64,000 bases of DNA from Curvularia clavata (taxonomy: Eukaryota), in assembly GCA_023920165.1 (NCBI GenBank), contig CP089276.1, positions 1,488,001 to 1,552,000 of the forward strand, written 5' to 3'. The first letter of the stretch is position 1. Every line of letters starts with the position of its first letter. The position numbers were made by a program, and so were the translations under genes. Positions 60,315-64,000 of this stretch are shown here, piece by piece. The notes beneath the pieces are model-generated. The model worked only from the letters and a program-made list of their open reading frames with translations. It was not told where the DNA came from and did no database searches.

Positions 60315-62606
60315 TCAAAAACAGAGCTCATCCCTCTCCTCACTCTCCCTTTCCCTAACCCCCATCTTCACTTTCTTCCCCGACCTCCCCACCATCACAC
60401 CCAAACTCTCCCTCCCCCTCTTCCTCTTTTTCGCTGACGCCACTGGTGTACCATTCCCCTTCCAACACCGCTTAAGCTGCTTAACACTCATTCTCTCGCT
60501 CTTCTCCGTGCCCCGCTCGCCTTCTACAAAACTACTTCCTCTCTGGCGCACCGCCACTTTCGGTGTCTGGAATCCCGAGACAAAAAACGATGTTGATGAT
60601 GGCGTGCTGAATTCCTGTTTGACCGGCGTCATGGGAACAGGGAGTAGATCGTCGTCACCAGCGATGAGGTCTAGGGAAAGGCTTTTTTTGCGTGTTGGTG
60701 CTGATGCGGGATGCGTGTGTGTGTTTCGTGGATTGGCAGTGTGGCGGGCGAGGGTTTGGAGGGACTCAAAGGCGCGGTCGCAGATGGGGCAGCTGAACGA
60801 GGAGGGAGGTGTTGGTTGGTGCGGAGTGGAGTCGTTGGTAGTGTCTTCGACAGAGTCGGAGTCTGGGACTATTTCGAAGCGCCTTGAAAGCGCGTCTTCT
60901 GTTTGTGTTATGATGGGAGAGGGTGACGCAGGCTCTGTCTTTACTTGGACTGATGGATGCCGTGGGGGACTGATAGTGGCGTCTCGCATAGGCAGGTTTT
61001 CCAGCAGTTCGCGTTGTAGATCGTCTTCGTCTATCAGGCCTGGTGTTTCTTCGATGGGTAGGTCCGGCGTTTCTACCGAGGGTATGATGCTGTCTTCTGA
61101 AACAGGGTCTGCTGCCTCTTCGTCACCAGACACATGGTCCTGGTTGTCTCCGTCCTGATTTTGATTCTGGTCTTCTTCTTGGTCCTCATCCTGGTCCTCG
61201 ACATCTGTGCCAGCAAGAGAGAGCAGCTCACGCTCGTCGTCGTCGAAGTATGCGCTTGACGGGAACCCATTGACATTTTCAGTGAGTTCCTCTTCCTTTT
61301 CAACGTCTTCCTGTTCCGAGGAAATAGGAGTTGGCAGATGGCGGGATTGCGCTAGAGTCTGCGCTTGCTCCTCCAACTCATGGACAACATCCTCAACGTC
61401 CTCATCCGAACGTGCTGAAACTGGTGCTTGCAGATGCAGATTCTGGTCCTTAATCACAGCCCAGCGCCTGCTCAGGGCGTTTAGCGGCCAGTCTTTCCAT
61501 TTCTTTTGACTCTCTTTGATAGCAGCCCACGGCAGTCGATCGACCATCTTTCTCTTGCTTATGTATGCATCATCATCGGCAGTAAATTGATACTTTCTAG
61601 CAGGACGAATGCGACGTTTTTGAATCTCAACGCGTGGACTGGTACGACGACATCTTGTAGGAGAACTCGCTTCTAACATTGCCTGAGACACCATAGGAGA
61701 TGCTTCATTGACCAAGGGAGTCGAATCTGCCAAGATTTGTCCTTCGGGCTCATACGGAAGTGTGGCTTGTCCAGCCGGTGGTCCTGCAGGAAGAGGACTG
61801 GATTGAGCTACTCGATCCTGGCGTGTTGCAGATAGCGGCGGAAAGAACCATTTCGGGTCGGTGGCGGGTGCAATCCTATCTGCTGTTGTGATCGGTGTAC
61901 TTGGGAGTGGGGCAGCGTTTGCAAATGGCGATGGAAAGTTAGGGGGTAGGAGACCAGATTGAGCCATGGCCTTTTGAATCACTTCACTAATTCCTTGGGT
62001 CAAAGTCAGGTAGAAGGTAGTCTGTGCCTGTTGTCCGGCAGGAGTTTGTGGAAACTGAACAAGCGGCAAGAGGTTTGATGTGGGATTCGGTGTATTTGGA
62101 GTCTGCATTGTGCCAACGTGTGGTATCGAAGTGACCGAATCGTTTGTCGGTTGTGGTACTGAGGAAACGTTGTCGCTGCGTGGGGACTGCGCGTCGTGAT
62201 CTTGTACCCTGGGTTCTTGTCCGTCCAGCTCAGGCTGTTCATTCGACTTTGCAGGCTGGGTAGGTGCCAATTCGTCTTCGGAATCCTCTCTGTTTCCTTC
62301 ATCTTCACTTCCTTGTTCCGGCTCCTTCTCTACAGCCAATCCAAGCGTGTCTAACAACATTGTCTCTTTCCGACCGACCTGGCGCTTCAGTCTCCGCAAA
62401 TGACCTCTATCCACTACCACTCGGTTGGTCTTCATATCGATCTCATCGCTCATGGACTCGTGCATGTTTCCATATTTCTCGAATATCGACTCTAGTCGGC
62501 CTTTGAACTTTTGTTGTTGTTTCTGCTTCGCTTTGATGTACTCGACATTCTCTTCGTCCACTTCGACAGACTGCCAGATGCGCATGCACTTTGCTGATGG
62601 TTCCAT
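60315..62606 (-). CDS. Scm3-domain (CENP-A/Cse4 chaperone-like) protein with Myb-like motif and C2H2 finger
   Basis: 'KFKGRLESIFEKYG…DEIDMKTNRVVVDRGHLRRL' (Scm3-type), 'FTADDDAYI…W..IK…W…L.RRW' (Myb-like), 'CPICDRAFESLQTLARHTANPRNTH'. First ATG at 62606; the ORF-track start 62717 is a TTG. Confidence 0.78.
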   Translation of the reverse strand: MEPSAKCMRIWQSVEVDEENVEYIKAKQKQQQKFKGRLESIFEKYGNMHESMSDEIDMKTNRVVVDRGHLRRLKRQVGRKETMLLDTLGLAVEKEPEQGSEDEGNREDSEDELAPTQPAKSNEQPELDGQEPRVQDHDAQSPRSDNVSSVPQPTNDSVTSIPHVGTMQTPNTPNPTSNLLPLVQFPQTPAGQQAQTTFYLTLTQGISEVIQKAMAQSGLLPPNFPSPFANAAPLPSTPITTADRIAPATDPKWFFPPLSATRQDRVAQSSPLPAGPPAGQATLPYEPEGQILADSTPLVNEASPMVSQAMLEASSPTRCRRTSPRVEIQKRRIRPARKYQFTADDDAYISKRKMVDRLPWAAIKESQKKWKDWPLNALSRRWAVIKDQNLHLQAPVSARSDEDVEDVVHELEEQAQTLAQSRHLPTPISSEQEDVEKEEELTENVNGFPSSAYFDDDERELLSLAGTDVEDQDEDQEEDQNQNQDGDNQDHVSGDEEAADPVSEDSIIPSVETPDLPIEETPGLIDEDDLQRELLENLPMRDATISPPRHPSVQVKTEPASPSPIITQTEDALSRRFEIVPDSDSVEDTTNDSTPHQPTPPSSFSCPICDRAFESLQTLARHTANPRNTHTHPASAPTRKKSLSLDLIAGDDDLLPVPMTPVKQEFSTPSSTSFFVSGFQTPKVAVRQRGSSFVEGERGTEKSERMSVKQLKRCWKGNGTPVASAKKRKRGRESLGVMVGRSGKKVKMGVRERESEERDELCF

Positions 62607-62904
62607 GGTGCTGATGGCCCTTTCAGATCCGAGAGAAAGGAGCGCGAACGTCGCGCGAGGGCGACAGAGACGGCGGATTGACGGTGGGTGGGGGTTGTTT
62701 GCGACGACTTGCGACAAGCACTAGCCCGACGCGCTGGCAATGATTGGGACGCGACTTCCCCTCGCCCAGCATCTCTGAGCGGCGGCCGGAGGTGCCCCAC
62801 CCGCCTGCAGGTGATCTCCAACCCGCCAACCGCCGCAATCGTCATTCGTGACTACGCTTGGATATTCCACTCTCCTACCAGCATGACGGTAGGCCTCTTA
62901 TGAG

Positions 62905-64000
62905 ATGCCCAACGACAAGAAACCAGCAGGTTTGGCCTGCCAGAAGTGCCGAACACCCATAGACATCGATGCTTCCATCGATCAGCTCAATCCGGCTGCC
63001 TTCAAGCTATTGACAGGTACATCCCCTAGCTTCTTCTCAGCTTGGATTATGTTTTAACTGCGACACAGACTCTGTAGTTTCAGGCCAGCTATCTGCCCCA
63101 AAGATCTCTCCAAACCGCCAGTCGCGTCCCCTCAACCCTCCAGAACACCTCAAGACGTATCAAGATGCGATCAAAGATGCAAAGAACCCTACACACAAAC
63201 GCAACATCCAAGGCGCACCGCCGTCACGGAGCTCAAATGGCCCTCAGAATCCTGCCATGTCCTTTGTTGATATTCACATGTCCGAGTCGATGATGGATCC
63301 GCCCTCATCAGAGCAGGTCCGCAGTACCAACGGAAAAACTCAAATGGAAGACAACAGCTCAGATGCGAATAATAAAGCACGGCGGAAAGCTACAGCAAAC
63401 GGTCCAAGTACAGCAGGAGGTGCGAGTCTGGCAGACGGACTAGAGACAACAAATCGCATGTTTGAGATACTCTCCGCACGCTCCGACATCGATCACCCGA
63501 TATGCGTGGAGTGCACCGAGATCCTCATTGAAGGCCTACAGAAGCGACTCGGCGTCGCAACCCGCGAGCGCGACGCATACGTCGACTTCCTGCGCCGCGC
63601 TAACACCGACGTGCCTACCGTCGAAGAAGTCAAAGCCGCAGAGGCCGCCCTCAAAGCGGCCAAGAAGGCCGAGAGCACCGCCATCACGCAGCTCGAGAAC
63701 CTCGAAGCGGAAAAGGCGGAGCTGGACAACCAGATAGCCGCCCTGGAAGCCGAGGCACGCATACTGGACCAAGAGGAAAACGAGTTCTGGAGGAGCCGGA
63801 ATGCCTTCAACACGACACTGACTGAGTTCCAAAATGAGCGTGACGCCCTAGCTATACGGTACGCGCATGATGCACAAGTCCTCAATCAGCTCCAGCGAAG
63901 AAGCGTCTATAACGACACCTTCAACATCACGCACGACAACCACTTCGCCACCATCAACGGCCTGCGCCTCGGCCGACTACCCAATCCCTATGTCGACTGG
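62905..64000 (+). CDS. ATG6: Autophagy protein Atg6/Vps30/Beclin-1 (3' end outside the window); intron 63017-63068
   Basis: 'CQKCRTPIDIDASIDQLNPAAFKLL', 'FEILSARSDIDHPICVECT', coiled coil, 'VYNDTFNITHDNHFATINGLRLGRLP…VDW'. Confidence 0.93.

Noticed and set aside
1..64000. Prokaryotic-type systems (CRISPR, defence islands, operons), intact transposons, Starship captain or secondary-metabolite cluster
   Set aside because: Intron-containing fungal housekeeping region. No repeat-spacer array, transposase, reverse transcriptase, tyrosine recombinase, PKS or NRPS motifs were seen.

Overview
Gene-dense eukaryotic DNA from a filamentous ascomycete. Short GT-AG introns with CTRAC/CTAAC branch points and the gene content suggest a Dothideomycete/Pleosporales-like fungus (inference). 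About 20 protein-coding genes can be read: PEX6 (5' end missing), a secreted protein with many dibasic cleavage sites, a large DUF3659-type repeat/LEA-like protein, an IQ-motif (IQM-like) protein, a dienelactone hydrolase-like/SnoaL protein, MSH1, HEM12, YDJ1, CFT1, an LMBR1/LMBD1-family membrane protein, an F-box-like gene with an in-frame stop, a choice-of-anchor B-like secreted protein, a DHDPS/NAL-family aldolase, a GH62 arabinofuranosidase, a Sel1-repeat protein, a DUF1776-like protein, a WSS1/WLM protease, a Trp-rich disordered protein, an Scm3-domain protein and ATG6/Beclin (3' end missing). I see no rRNA, tRNA, CRISPR array, intact transposon or biosynthetic gene cluster, and no convincing multi-gene novel system. 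The best leads are single loci: a Kex2/Ste13-type peptide precursor (2802-3533), a probable nonsense-inactivated F-box gene (TAA at 33620), the repeat architecture of the DUF3659 protein, a spaced-Trp disordered protein, and uORFs next to the ATG6 start. Family assignments come from motif recognition by eye, not from database searches.
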